Shown: positions 1 through 13,620 of the stretch, piece after piece
Layout of the letters: the number at the start of each line of letters is the position of its first letter
Position numbering within the stretch: the stretch's first letter is position 1
Origin: Octopus sinensis
Taxonomy: Eukaryota
DNA length: 64,000 nucleotides
Reading direction: 5' to 3'
Assembly (NCBI RefSeq): GCF_006345805.1
Contig: NC_042998.1
Coordinates: 806,001-870,000, forward strand
Translations under genes and position numbers: made by a program
The notes under the pieces: generated by a model
What the model saw: only the letters and a program-made list of their open reading frames with translations
The model's database searches: none
What the model was told of the DNA's origin: nothing

Positions 1-730
1 TCGAATCAGTCATCCAGATAACAGGGAAAGGTGCTTTAAGGCACGGGGTTTGTGTGCATGATACACAAGCAATGGCTTTAACTTAAAATTTCCTGCACAA
101 TTATCTCCCAACATAATAGTCACATGTTCTTTTGAGACCTTGTAGCCTAGAATAGTTCTCTCCTCCTTGGAAATGAATGAACGCTCTGGCAATTTTTTCC
201 AGTACAATCCAGTTTCGCCTACATTAAAAATCTGTTCGGGAAGATACCCGTTTACTTCGATGATTTTCTTTAATGCGTTAGGAAATTCCGTTGGTACTTG
301 TTCGTTAGCTGATGCACTTTCACCTTGCTTCTTAATGGAGCGACAACTTCTTCGCTCCTTAAATCTCATAAACCATCCTTGACTTACCTTGAACTCTACA
401 TCTTTCTCATCTGGATATTTTTTCTTCGGGTCCTCAAACAAAGACAACGCTCTCTCTTGAATGATTTCTTGACTAATAGTAGCTCGCTAACGATTCAACC
501 TAACAATCCAAAGGGGAACAAGACCTTTCATTTCTTCAAAGAGTTTTCTTATTAATGACAGTGTTCTTCATTTCTGGAGCTTCAGATTTGATTTGTGCTA
601 AAATCTTGTCTTTATTATGTTGCCCGACCCATCCCAAAAGATCGTGCAATTGCTACGACTTTTTCACTTTTTCATGGTGTTTTATCACAACTAGTTTATC
701 TTCCAGCATTATAGCATGACGCTTAGCATT
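1..730 (-). mobile_element. Tigger/pogo DNA transposon, disrupted transposase (HTH_psq, CENP-B HTH, start of DDE_1); runs off the window edge
   Basis: ORF 447-10 reads FKVSQGWFMRFKERR...GESASA...YLPEQIFNVGETGLYWKKLPERSFISKEE...KLKPLLVY, typical of Tigger1-like transposases. Broken upstream frames read AKRHAIMLEDKLVVIK...ISQEIIQERALSLFED. Confidence 0.9.
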
Positions 731-1495
731 TTCACTGAGAATTTTCTTAGGAGCCGTGGGGTCAAAAGGTTAAGTCACAAATGAATGAGAATGAGAAAGT
801 AGCCGATAAACCGACGTAAAGAAATTTGAATTCAAAACAATAATGGAAATCACGATTGACAACGACACCTAACAGTAGATATCGGAACTACAGTGCAATA
901 TGAGCTCCAAAAGACCGATAAATGAGGCAACACAGCTAATCTCACGATTTCGTTCACTAAGCTCACTAATTTAGGGTGTGTATCATAACATTTACTGTAC
1001 GAATATCAATATGTGCATTTAAGGGTTTTCTAGTAATTTTACGATTCCAATATTTGTGGCGGACAGACATAAAATCTAGTAAAATAACTTGACTTGATTT
1101 TTATTTTTTCATATATTATTTTTGAAAACGTATAATCGAAAACGACTTAAATCATATATATATATATAATCACCCAAAAGTTATAACATAAAAGCTACTC
1201 CGACCCTTTATTCCTTATTTTTGTTAACCAAAATTTCTCGCGTGATTTTAACGTGAATTCTGGTGATTTTTCGCATTTTAATCCAAAACAGAGATGAATA
1301 GTAATTACACCATATGATCGATTTGAAAATTTCCTAAGGTATCAAGATATTTTCTAAACACGAAGGTAATGTTATATATAAACAGTGAGTATATATTATT
1401 TAATAACAGTTTGGCTCAACTCTATGCAACTCTAAGTTCCACGGGTTCATTTTACCAAACGTATTGTGTGCCGCTTTCTTTCGTTTGTTCTCTCA

Positions 1496-1574
<79 letters not shown>

Positions 1575-1590
1575 TGTATGCATGTATGCA

Positions 1591-2260
1591 TGTCAGGTCA
1601 CTTTCCAGTGCTACTGGTAACATGTAACCCAGTACAACCTATTGCATGGTCGAGCCGTCGGCGACTAAACCGGCAACCCCACTAAGGTTGCTTGGTGAGG
1701 AGGGTGTTTATTGGACACCCTGCGGGATGAAAAGCAAAACCCGTCAAAGCATGGAGGAACTCTTGAGAGTCAACGGCCATCCAATAAATGTTTTTTTTTT
1801 CTTAAGGCTTAAAGCTGTATCATGCGCGGGGACATAGAAATAATCGGACTGTATACCAGATCGCGCGGTTAAACTATTGGGAGTGAAGGACTCCTAGCCT
1901 TTGTTAGGGCATCCTTCTAGGAGAAGGTAACTCAGGTAACTGGGATAACTCCGACATAAAACCTGCGTCTCAGTGGTTACCGATGGTGTTGTCTTGTTCT
2001 TCTTTTCGGATTATGGCTGCTGTTGCATAGTGAGTGGGATTGACTCAGTGCACAGCTTTTCCTCACTTTAAAAAAATCTTCTTGCGCAGGCATTGCACGA
2101 TAACAACATTGTTCATGATTGTTGATGGTGCTGTGAGTCTCAACTGAATGGCTGGCTGTAGCCTTAAAAAGCAAATAAAAGTCACATTCGATCACAGCAC
2201 CAATAACAGTTAAGCTTCGTGCAATGGCCATACTCGATAACGCGGGGGCAGCCATCATGT
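1591..2260 (+). mobile_element. Probable non-autonomous RTE-related retroelement, no ORF
   Basis: GC-richer 670-bp block between two (ATGT)n tracts. It contains ctaggagaaggtaactc...aaacctgcg, which resembles RTE 5' UTRs, and ends cagccatc(atgt)n. Confidence 0.4.
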
Positions 2261-2609
2261 ATGTATGTATGTATGTATGTATGTATGTATGTATGTATGT
2301 ATGTATGTATGTATGTATGTGTGTATGTATGTGTGTGCATGTTGTGTATTCATGTATGTATGAGTGTGTATGCACGCGCATGCATATAGATATATCTTCG
2401 CGCATAATTTTCTCTCATGGACATGAAAGTGTGCGTATGTATATGTGTGGCTGATATATATGCTTGTTGTTGGAGAGCGTTCAGTACGCCCATAGGCATG
2501 TTTTCACTATTTATGAACTGTGTCTTTTATCAGCTACGGTCCATCAAACACTTTCATAATAACCCTTAGTAACCCATATCTATACGTTCACATTTCCATC
2601 TTGTGTGGC

Positions 2610-2612
2610 ATG

Positions 2613-2687
<75 letters not shown>

Positions 2688-2721
2688 ATATATATATATA
2701 GTTATCTATCTATCTATCTAG

Positions 2722-2753
<32 letters not shown>

Positions 2754-2765
2754 TATCTATCTATC

Positions 2766-2823
<58 letters not shown>

Positions 2824-2941
2824 TCTATCTATCTATCTATCTAATTATCTATCTATCTATCTATCTATCTATATATATTATATATATATATATATATATA
2901 GTTATCTATCTATCTATCTAGTTATCTATCTATCTATCTAG

Positions 2942-2982
<41 letters not shown>

Positions 2983-3131
2983 CATCTTATCCATCTATCT
3001 ATCTTTCTATCTTATCCATCTATCTATCTATCTATCTGTCTATCTATCTATCTGTTTGTCTGTCTGTCTGTCTGTCTCTCTGTCTGTCTGTGTGTGACTG
3101 TTTATCTATCTATGCTTCTCTCTCACAGAGA

Positions 3132-3166
<35 letters not shown>

Positions 3167-3241
3167 CATACATAATACATACATACATATATACATACAT
3201 ATATATATGTATACAACTCACACATACACACACACACACAT

Positions 3242-3284
<43 letters not shown>

Positions 3285-3320
3285 CATATATACACATATA
3301 TACGTATGTATGTGTATATA
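2610..3320. repeat. Compound microsatellite (TATC)n/(TA)n/(TCTG)n/(CA)n
   Basis: Seen directly; it produces the spurious LSIY/IYIY ORFs. Confidence 0.95.
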
Positions 3321-4067
3321 TATCTCACATGTAGACACACCAAAAGAAATAAAGCAAACGACGGCATCTCATAAAATAAAGCGTATCTGTATCGTTGCTA
3401 ATGACTATCGCTAATAGCTTTTAATATGGCTGGCCCCACAAGTCTATGCCATCAGATACCTTCGTTAGATGTTCAACTGACGTCGAACTCTAATGAATCA
3501 CTTACAATGGAAGCAGTGGAACATTTCAAGCGAGAAATTGGAACAGATTTCTGCAATAGACTCTTCTGTCTTTTAGTTGAATATTAAGAAAACACCATGC
3601 CAACATTTTGAGAAAGAAAAATAAAAAAAAGGCAGAATATCCACGCCTAAACACACATGCATACATAGACGGACACACTTATACAAACATACACGCACGC
3701 ACACACACATACACACACATGCACACATACATACACGCACACGCGAGCACACACTCACACACGCACACAGGTACACACGCTCAGACAGACTCACATATGT
3801 GGTTCGTATGTATATATATGCGTGAGTAAATATACAATTATGTGTTTTGTGTTTTATACATATAATATATATGCATATGTTTATCTATATATTACATATA
3901 TATATACATACGTACGTACATATGTGTGTGTTGTGTATATATATATATATATATATATGTATAGGTACGTATATATACATACGTATATGTATTTGTGTGT
4001 ATATATGTACACACACGCGCACACAAACATACACACAATTGCAGACACCACAGATATATATGAACAT

Positions 4068-4121
<54 letters not shown>

Positions 4122-4738
4122 GTACATACATATATGTGTGTTACGTGTTTGTGTATAAGTATATATATATATATATTCAGGCTATCTTCTGACTTCGCAC
4201 TTCAGAGTTCAATGGAGTCCGCTAAATAACTAAACTGTTTTCATTCACAGCAGTTTAAGCCGAAGCACGTTATCAAAACACTTAGACGTCAAGTGCACCG
4301 AGACTTGGGTAATGAGAAGGTTATTGCAATCCAGCAAAGACCTACGTTTATAACAAATTGTTTTAGCTACTTCCTTGCCTTAGGCTTTCGAGATAACACC
4401 GATATCAAATTATCAATAATTTGATATGGTTATTTTATATCTTTGAGTCACTAATCGTCACGACGTTTAAAATACTGAGTTTCCTCCTCGTAGTGTTTAA
4501 ATCTGTGATGTGTAAGTGTTCGTAATTGTCTAGATTTATGTGATATCATAAAGTCCAAATGGCCGAGTAGATATGATATAGGGGTCGTGGGTGGCATATT
4601 CCTATCGCGCGGCAGGCGTATCGTTACATTTCAGAATATAGGACAATGCTATTCCCATCGCGTTGCCTAGTAAAAGAGTAGGTCGTAGACTTTTATGGAA
4701 GCCTTAACTAAGTTCAATTCCATGTTCTCTCTCTTTCC

Positions 4739-4778
<40 letters not shown>

Positions 4779-5015
4779 CACATCTATTTAATGTAGGATT
4801 TAGAGATAACTGTTTATTCAGTTTAGGTAACAGTTATTATAATGCAGAGAAAACGGCCGAGACGGATAGAGCATCGAACAGAATATCTTATGGTATACGG
4901 TTACGTTCCATTACTTTCTGACTTTAAATTTCAAGCAAATTCATTTGCAAGTTGCACCACAAAAAGACTACTACTACTACTACTACTACTATACTACTAC
5001 TACTACTACCACAAC

Positions 5016-5055
5016 ATAAATCTGATGATTGCGTAACGCATGAAAGTACTAGTTT
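5016..5055 (+). ncRNA. Minimal type I hammerhead ribozyme
   Basis: taaat CUGAUGA u UGCG uaa CGCA u GAAA GUAC UA guuu. Core 5022-5028, GAAA 5042-5045, palindromic stem III AGUACU, cleavage after A5051. Stem I is weak (4 bp including a G-U). Confidence 0.65.
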
Positions 5056-5158
5056 TATTAATGATGATGATGATGATGATGATGAGGATGATGGTGGTGG
5101 TAGTGGTGGTGATGATAATAATAGTAATAATATTAATAATAATAATAATAATAATAAT

Positions 5159-5978
5159 GTCATAGATTTGCTTGTCAGTTGTTTGACCTTAAACAGTTGA
5201 GAATGTCCCTTAGTGGTTGACGATATGTGCATCTCTGATCACGAGCAGAAGTAGTGGGGGACACATGATAGCCATGTGTTGAGAGGAATTCGTTGGGTTT
5301 GAATAATTCAAATCTAGAAATATGGGAGTTTCGTTCATTATTCTTAAACAAACCTTATTCAGGGACCTTTTGAGCAGGATGGGCTTCTCAACATGAAAAA
5401 CATTCTATCTGGGCTCCACCTGCAAGGTCATGTGCTGTTTATTTTGATATGAAATCACCATGTCGCACACATATAGTCGTGGTGCATGTGCCTGGTGTAC
5501 ACTTATCAGACGGGTAAAGATTCCAAGCAAGCTTCAGTCATGAAGCTAAGTCAGAAATTTTAAAAGTCTCTTGGCATATAAGTTAACAATAAGAATGACC
5601 AAAGACACCCTAATACTGACAGACCTACCATTATTTCTCCTGATCTATAAATTAACAATCAGAAAGACCAAAAAGATAAACATATAATTGATGAAGAAAA
5701 CAAACATCAAACAAAATGCAAAGAAAGCTTGCATAAATAATATCGAAGACAACAGGAGAGGTAAACTCCTGCATGAAAAATACCCTAACCGCCTGTCCAA
5801 GCCAAATATTGATCAAAATCTAACACACGAATGGTTACAAAGGACAGGTCTGAAAGGGAAACAGAAGGTTTTGTTACTGCAGAGTTTACCTGCCAGAAAC
5901 TACAATGCAAACGTCATTAAAGATGGATCTGATCCCGCGTGCAGTGTCACTTTGATGACATGCGCAGCTCTCTCATTC

Positions 5979-5980
<2 letters not shown>
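5159..5980 (+). mobile_element. (TAA)n-associated SINE-like element, chimeric with an R4/Dong LINE fragment (about 5517-5940)
   Basis: 5159-5516 and 5941-5980 match the element at 39750-40200 (-) and 7604-7965 (+). The middle is replaced by a fragment reading HEKYPNRLSKPNIDQNLTHEWLQRTGLKG...SLPARNYNANVIKDGSDPAC. The element ends in (TAA)n. Confidence 0.7.
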
Positions 5981-6042
<62 letters not shown>

Positions 6043-6044
6043 TT

Positions 6045-7505
6045 TGGCTTATAAAAATGTGTGAAAGCAATCCTGAAAAGAGGAAAACGAGTTAAGAGTA
6101 GCAACATCACACTAGATAAAGCATAAGAAATAAGAGAATTATACCAAAGCTAGATATACAAGTACTTAGGAATCAATGAATTAAATACGATACAAGACAC
6201 ACAAATGAAAGAGAAGATAAAAAAGGAATACTATAGACGAGTCAGATTAATACTGGAAATAGAGCTCAATGCGAAAAACAAGATAACGGGTAGCAACACT
6301 TTAGCCGTCCCAGTTATAAGTTGCTGCCACAATATTCTTAACTGGACTCTAAATGAACTAATCAAAATAGACAGGAAAACAAAAAACAATAATGACAGGA
6401 ATTAAGATACACCACCCAAAATCTGACATAAAAAGGCTATATATACAACGTATGGAAGTTAGAAAAGTGTTACAAAATTACCACCATAGGACTACAGAAA
6501 TACCTATATCAGAAGCAAGGAAAACTAATATAAATAACCACAAAACAGGAACAAAACAAAAACTGTTTTCAGTCTTTAAGAAAGCTGTAAAATACAAAAA
6601 AGAAGTCATAGTACCTAACAACTATGAAAAAAAAAGAAGAAACAACAAAAACTACTGAAATCCAAACTAAAACTGGAACAGCAATGGATCATGATAAAGC
6701 GATGACATGGATTAAAGTAAGCAAAACATACAGACAATGCAAAATCTCAACAATGGCTGAGAAGCTCTGGATTCAAAGCAAAGTCTGGAGGAATTTTACT
6801 GGCAGCACAAGATCAAAGAATTTCCACCAGAAATCAGCAAACACATGTAATGAAAAGAAATACATGTAGCTACATGTGGAGATGGACCAGAAACAATAAA
6901 TCATATTGTCTCCGGCTGCCCAGTCCTGGCTAAGAAAGAATATATTCACAAACACAACAGAGTTGGGACCTAATTACACTGAAAGCTATGCCAGCACTAT
7001 GGAATAACAACAGAAAAAAGATGGTATAGGCACACGCCAGAAGAGGTCACAGAAAATGAGGAAGCAACAAGACTCTGGGATATGCCAATACACACATAGA
7101 GAAATTAAAGCCAATAGAATACGCTTTCTGAGATAGAATGTGCCTTCTAATCGATATATCAATACCACCTGATGACAACGTTTCTTTAAAAGAAACGGAG
7201 AAACTTTCAAAATACAAAGATCTAGAAACAGAGGTAACTCGAATGTGAAGCCTAAAAACAGAAATTAATCCTCTTATAGAAGGCACATTAGGTATGATAA
7301 AAAAAATTCAGTTAAATACATAATAAAAACGCCCACCAGGAATTAGAAGTTAATATAACATACAGAAAATAGCACCACTAGGCACTTCACACATCCTACG
7401 TAAAATTGAAAATAAGAGCACCACAACAAACCACAACACATACCCAAGGCACACAGAGCTGCACTCGGTAGTGTAGTGAAAGCACATGATAAAAATAAGA
7501 CTACT
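6045..7505 (+). mobile_element. R4/Dong-clade non-LTR retrotransposon, 5'-truncated and decayed (end of RT, CCHC, restriction-like endonuclease)
   Basis: MKEKIKKEYYRRVRLIL..ELNAKNKI...NTLAVPVISY is near-identical to 42257-41601. The 3' UTR matches 40853-40950. (TAA)n lies on both sides. Confidence 0.9.
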
Positions 7506-7520
7506 GATTAATAATAATAA

Positions 7521-7572
<52 letters not shown>

Positions 7573-7603
7573 TAGTAGTAGTAGTAGTAGTAATGTTAAT
7601 ATG

Positions 7604-7965
7604 CACATGGTTTGTCGTGGTGTAAAGATAGGCAATAGCAAAAATTCAGCTCAATGCTACGGATTTGCTGTGTTAGTTAATTGATCTTAACCAGTTGAGC
7701 ATATCTCTTAGTGTCTGGCGGTATGTGGTTCTCTGATCACGATTAGAAGTGTAGTGGGGAAACATCATAGCCACGTGTTGAGAAAGCTTCTTTGAAATTT
7801 GAATAATTCACTATTGGAAACATGGGTGTTTCGTTCATCATTCTTAAAAAAACTCTTATTCAAGGACCTTTTGAGCGGATGGGTTACTCGACCTGAAGAA
7901 AATTCTAAATGGGTCCCACCCGTTTATCTCGATATCGAGGCACCATGTCGTGCACTCTTAATCAA
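7604..7965 (+). mobile_element. (TAA)n-associated SINE-like element, 5' part
   Basis: Homologous to the reverse complement of 39900-40200 and to 5159-5460. Confidence 0.7.
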
Positions 7966-8038
7966 GAAGAAGAAGAAGAAGAGCAACAGCAACAGCAACA
8001 ACAACAACAACAATAATAATGACGATAATAATAATAAC

Positions 8039-8089
<51 letters not shown>

Positions 8090-8285
8090 CCTTTCTTCCG
8101 GTGGCACAAGCCTTTAAATTTTTGGGGAGGGGACTAGTCGATTATATCGACCCCAGCGCGTAACTGGTACTTAATTTATTGACTCTGAATGGACCTCGGC
8201 GGAATTTGAACTCAGAACGTGGCGGCAGACGAAATACCGCAAAGCATTTCACCCGGCGTGCTAACGATTCTGTCATCTCGCCGCC

Positions 8286-8287
<2 letters not shown>
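8090..8287 (-). mobile_element. tRNA-derived CORE-type SINE (octopus OR-like)
   Basis: Reverse complement of ggcggcgag..ggcagaatcgttagcacgccggg...gttctgagttcaaattccgccgaggtc, matching 28339 and 57433. Confidence 0.8.
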
Positions 8288-8345
<58 letters not shown>

Positions 8346-8534
8346 TAATAATGACGATGATGATGATGATGATAATAGCAATAAAATTAGCATCAGTCAT
8401 CAAAATAAGTATGGGGCACGATGTAAGCAACTATAACCGAGAGGTCGATGCTACAACTTGGCCTGAATTCATAGGAATGTCTAATACCAGAATGAGAATA
8501 AATAAAAAAAATTAAAATTATATATACATATAAA

Positions 8535-8733
8535 TTGGAGTGTGTATATGTATGTATGTATGTATGTATGTATTATGTATGTATGTATGTATGTATGTAT
8601 GTATGTATGTATGTGTGTGTATGTACGTATGTATTTATGTATTTATGTATGTATTTATGTATGTATGTATGATTGCATGTATGTATGTTTGTATGTATGT
8701 ATGTGTATGTATGTGTGTATGTATGTATGTATG

Positions 8734-8767
<34 letters not shown>

Positions 8768-8815
8768 TGTATGTATGTATGTATGTTTGTATGTATGTAT
8801 GTGTATGTGTGTCTG
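8535..8815. repeat. (ATGT)n microsatellite
   Basis: Seen directly. Confidence 0.95.
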
Positions 8816-10399
8816 TGTGCGTAAGTCACATCATATCATATATACGTATTGCATCACAATGGCATCAACTGATACGCTAAGTAAAACTTGGTGTATCAGA
8901 TTTAAGTCGCCATGAAAATATTCATTCAAAAGCATCAAGTATCGCAGTTTGTAAATATCATGAAGTTAAATATCTCTAATTTAAATAACATTATTAAGGC
9001 GAAACAACACGATTCCATTGCAAAAGAACATTGTAGCAGACAAATGTATTTACTGCAGAAACCCTTTGTGATAGAGCCTTTATCTTGAGTGGATCGAACT
9101 AGTATCCATGTTTTCCCAGAAATCACTCCAGGTTGTCTTTTCCTGGATGCAAATATATCCTAAACAAAGTTAATGATCGCGACCAGACTAATTTTGATCG
9201 CTTATTTACTTAGTAACAACATTATTACTGGAATAACAAGTGCTTCTATAGATTAAAATAATTTATTTTAGGTGTACTTGCCAAGCAGGTGATATGCCCT
9301 GTGATCGTGTGTTAAGCTTAAATAATTACGGTGTTAAAGACACATATTAGCCACGCAAAACACAGTTACTGGTAGTTGGTGCGGTCGAAAATGTTGACCA
9401 AATAATAAATGTTTAAATGAAGCTAACAATATTTATGCGTTTCTGAAAGGCTAAACCTCTCTTCCACGCTGCAATAGAAAATAGATTAAATGAAAAGTAA
9501 GCTGGCTTTTAACATTGAATGAAGGTTAGAAATTTGGGGATGGATTTGTATCGTTGATAAAGTCATAAAGAGTTTTTCACTGACCAGATCTAGTTTGGAA
9601 GGCTGAAGGACAAAACCGAACCCGGCAATGAATTAAGAGATACGTCACTTAAAATACGTTTCTGACATAAAAACGGTGGGTGTTGATCAGCAAAATAGTT
9701 AGAAAGGTGGAGAAATACCTTGTGGTAACTGCTTCGGTTCTTTGCGTCCTGAGTTCAAATTAAGTCAAGGTCAACTTTGTCCGTTCGTCCCTCCGAATTT
9801 GCTGAATAGAGTACTTGTCAAGTATTAGATTTCCCCATCATCGCTTACTCTTCCAAGAATGACCGCTACTCTTTCAGAGAGACGTCGAGGTGTACTGACA
9901 GTGTTCCTCTTGCTTTAAAAATAGAGGAAGGATGGATCGTTTTCTTATATAATCTAACAAACTACAAAGAGTGTTTACAGAAACCAGAAAACATAGCGGT
10001 CGTGGACAAACCGATGTTCTCAGCGCAGAACGGTTTACAGTCAGTAGTCACACACACGTACAGTCACACACACGTACATACATACATACATACATACATA
10101 CATACATACATACATACATACATACATACATACATACATACATACATACGTACATACATACGTAAATATCAACACAAGGCATATGTTTAAGAGGAGTTAT
10201 GTAGTCGACTACACCGGCCTCAGTATTTAACTTATTTTATAGAGACTCGAGATGAAAGAAACGAAAATGAAACTCGATGGAATTTTAATCAAAAGTTAAA
10301 TGAGGCGTACGATTATTTATCGCAAAACGTTTTCCCCGTAGCTCTACCGATTCTAACATTCACAAGCCCAATGGGAAGTTCTGCATGTTAGCGTAGTTG

Positions 10400-10660
10400 A
10401 CCTTGGAATGATTTCAACTCCAAATGTAAATAGTTATTGGTTAGATTCTAATCTATTCACCATTTTACATTGGTATTAAGCCAGAAATTTACGGGGCAGT
10501 GTTAGTCGATTAAATTGACTCAAATATTTCATAGGAACTTTAATTTCTCCGCCCCGGAAGAATGAAAGGTAAAATCGGTCTCGACGGGATTTGAACTCTG
10601 AACATACAGAGACGGCACAAACCAAACAACACAAAGCCTTCTGCTCTAATGAGTCTACCA
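10400..10660 (-). mobile_element. CORE-type SINE, degenerate
   Basis: taactggta-like segment and gatttgaactctgaac (B-box region) match the OR-like family. Other degenerate copies lie near 9720-9830, 29190-29355 and 62640-62845. Confidence 0.6.
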
Positions 10661-10911
10661 AGTTAATTAGTTTTTTTTTTGCACGTTTACCAAAGATTAT
10701 AGTAAACGTGTTTATGCACATACACCCATCCGTCCGTACACACTCGCACGCACACACACACACACACTCATGCGTATATATATATACATACACACATACA
10801 CGTACATGCAAACATACATATATACATACTTACATACAATCATGCATGCATACATGCATACATACATGCATACATACATACATACATGCATACATACATA
10901 CATACATACAT

Positions 10912-11313
10912 GGCTGTGTGGTAAGTAGCTTGCTAACCAGCCACATGTTTCCGGGTTCAGTCCCACTGCGTGGCATCTTGAGCAAGTGTCTTCTGCTATA
11001 GCCCCGGGCCGACCAATGCCTTGTGAGTGGATTTGGTAGTCGGAAACTGAAAGAAGCCATCGTATATATGTATATGTATATATATGTATGTGTGTGTTTG
11101 TGTGTCTGTGTTTGTCCCCCTGGCATTGTTTGACAACCGATGCTGGTGGGTTTAATGTCCCCGTCACTTAGCGGTTTGGCAAAAGAGACCGATAGAATAA
11201 GTACTGGATTTACAAAGAATAAGTCCCGGGGTCGATATGCTCGACTAAAGGCGGTGCTCCAGCATGGCCACAGTCAAATGACTGGAACAAGTAAAAGAGT
11301 AAAAGAGTAAGAG
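10912..11313 (+). mobile_element. tRNA-derived SINE with internal (TA)/(TG) microsatellite, full length
   Basis: Head ggctgtgtggtaagtagcttgc...ccgggttcagtcccactgcgtggc (A/B-box-like), central gccttgtgagtggatttggtag..ggaaactgaaagaagcc, tail (gtaaaaga)n. Confidence 0.9.
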
Positions 11314-11469
11314 TATACATACTTACATATTTACATACATACATACATTCATACATACTTACATACATACATACATATTTACATACATACATACATATAT
11401 GTATACATACTTACATATTTACATACATACATACATACTTACCTATGCATCAGTATAGTATTTAATTAC

Positions 11470-11830
11470 TATGGCACTCTTGTGGTACTTTTGGCACCAT
11501 AAGATTTTTCTTTTGGAGGTTCTTCAAATATTTCTTGGTAACATTGCAAACATTGTATTTTACCTTTACATAAATTTCCACTTCAGGGCAAGTGAAAGCA
11601 GCTCGTCTAGAAATAACATCTAAATCTCCCTGAAATAACAGTCTCCCGTCATTAAAAAAAAAAGAGAGAGAGAGAGAGAGCATATTGGATATAGTAGTCC
11701 TAGATATTCTATGTTGAAACATGATATGAAATTCCTTTGATCATAGGTCTTCTCAATCAGCGCAGCCTGTGTTTAAAAACAACAACTACATGTAAATTTG
11801 TTGGAATCTATCTCAGCAGCTCTCATTCAA
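11470..11830 (-). pseudogene. Possible PIF/Harbinger (ISL2EU-like) transposase remnant
   Basis: MFQHRISRTTISNM resembles the DLAYRF.IS.TTVSNI helix-turn-helix of DDE_Tnp_4 transposases. Very decayed. Confidence 0.3.
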
Positions 11831-12768
11831 TAATATCACTTTATACTCAGCATAACTTGTATATTCCTATCTCAATCCCTCAAGTTCTTATGTCTCTTTC
11901 CGTTTCAAATATGTTTGCTGCTATATTTTGTTACTTGAATATATTTGTTCAAATTTTTCAAATTTTTCTTTTGTTTTCTAATACTGACCCAATTTTAAAA
12001 AAAATCTTTTTTACTTCTTTTATGTTTTGCTTAGTTTACTCTTTGGCTAATATCACAAATAATATATAATATATTACACAGATGCATAAATGGTTATTTC
12101 AGGAAAAGCGATGATCACTAAAATACGAGATTGACCAGCTACTATCGAAAAGTTTTAAACTCATTTAAGGCTAAGCCCCTAAGGCTGTTGTCTGGATAAA
12201 CCACTAAGGACACCCCACTCATATTCTCGAGGTTGTTTAGATCCAGATTCGACCTGATAGATCAAATCAAACTTATGATAAATGTTTTTTCTAACCGTAA
12301 CCACCGGTAATTCTGTATATCAGGAACCGTATTGTTCAATGAACCACTATTTAAGATAGTTGAATGTGATTTGAGTAAGAATTGATTATAAGTTCTTACA
12401 AATCGAACAACTTCATATAATCTGCATTCAATTTATGGGAGAGTAGACCTAATACGTTTTCTGGTTTAAGATTTGCTTCTGGTTCGCGGAAGCTTTTGCA
12501 GAATTACTTGTGTTGTAAATGCTCAGACCAAAACTAAGTTTTTAAGAAGGCAAATATTTTTGTAGTACTGCAATCTATTTTTAAACTTCTTTCTCTGTGA
12601 TGGGAAAGGTTTCTCAGTGAAGACAGACTACCAGACGGCACAAACAACACAAAGCCTTCTGTTCTAATGAATCTACCAAGTTAATGACTTTTTTGTACGT
12701 TTACCAAAGATTATAATAACCGTGTTTACGCACATACACCCATCCGTCCGTACACACTTGCACGCACG

Positions 12769-12800
<32 letters not shown>

Positions 12801-13049
12801 GTGTTCAGATTTCATGGATGATGTCTGAAGAGGAATCTAAGGAACTGAAACATCTGTATAACTCAGCAGCTCACTGATTCCTCATATTCAAAGCTGGTGC
12901 ACCTCTTCCTCCAAAGATATACATAGCAGTTAAGCGCAAACCATGAGCCTTGTTTTACTGTTTCATTCTCCAAAAAGCTCAATTTGCTCATAAGTAAAAT
13001 TTTTAACACTTCCTACATCTTTTGTTATTGACCTTGCCCAAAGATTCCG

Positions 13050-13620
13050 ACTGACGCTGAAGGCAAATCGAATACATCTCAGTGAGACACAGATCTCTCA
13101 ACGACTGCTTAATACACCATTTCTGCAGTCCAATAGTGGATTCTATACAGTAACTTTACCCCCAAACAGTCGTCTTTATGACTACATAGAACCTTTACCC
13201 TCCACTAATTATTTTTCTCACTTGGCCATAAGTAAAAAAGATTACTTATTACTTTGCTTTCTCTATTTTCGTCTGCTCACCACTCTGATCTTCTAAACTT
13301 TTTCTAAGGGCAACGATCTGCAGTAACGTTGATCTGCTTTGCTGGAGCGAAGATTTGTAGACTTTCAAGACTAGAGGTGAGCGTCTAGTTCTCAGGTAAG
13401 TGAACATTTGGTTAGTTTCATTTATACCTATATTTACATAAGTCCAAAAGATGTTTGGGGAAAAGTAAATTTTCAATGTGATGACTAGGATTTTATCTCC
13501 AATCACCAATAGTCATTTCACTGACTTTCATTCTATATCCAAGACATCTTCATCGACACACCTTATCTGAACACAGCAGCGCCAGTGATATCAGCGTTCA
13601 GAACTCTTTCTGGCATTCGT
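13050..13620 (-). pseudogene. Possible highly decayed RTE LINE remnant
   Basis: KSVK*LLVIGDKILVITLKIYFSP resembles the RTE endonuclease segment R.MKVKLVIG..ILNIISAYAPQ. Confidence 0.3.

Noticed and set aside
1591-1800. HDV-like ribozyme expected at RTE 5' ends (also checked near 19300)
   Set aside because: I could not assemble the P1/P1.1/P3 nested pseudoknot by eye; it needs a descriptor search.
12815-12860. ctgaagagg...gaaacatc, plus similar candidates near 23240-23290 (-) and 35940-35995 (-)
   Set aside because: Stems or cores need too many corrections; possibly ancient HHRs, but not supportable.
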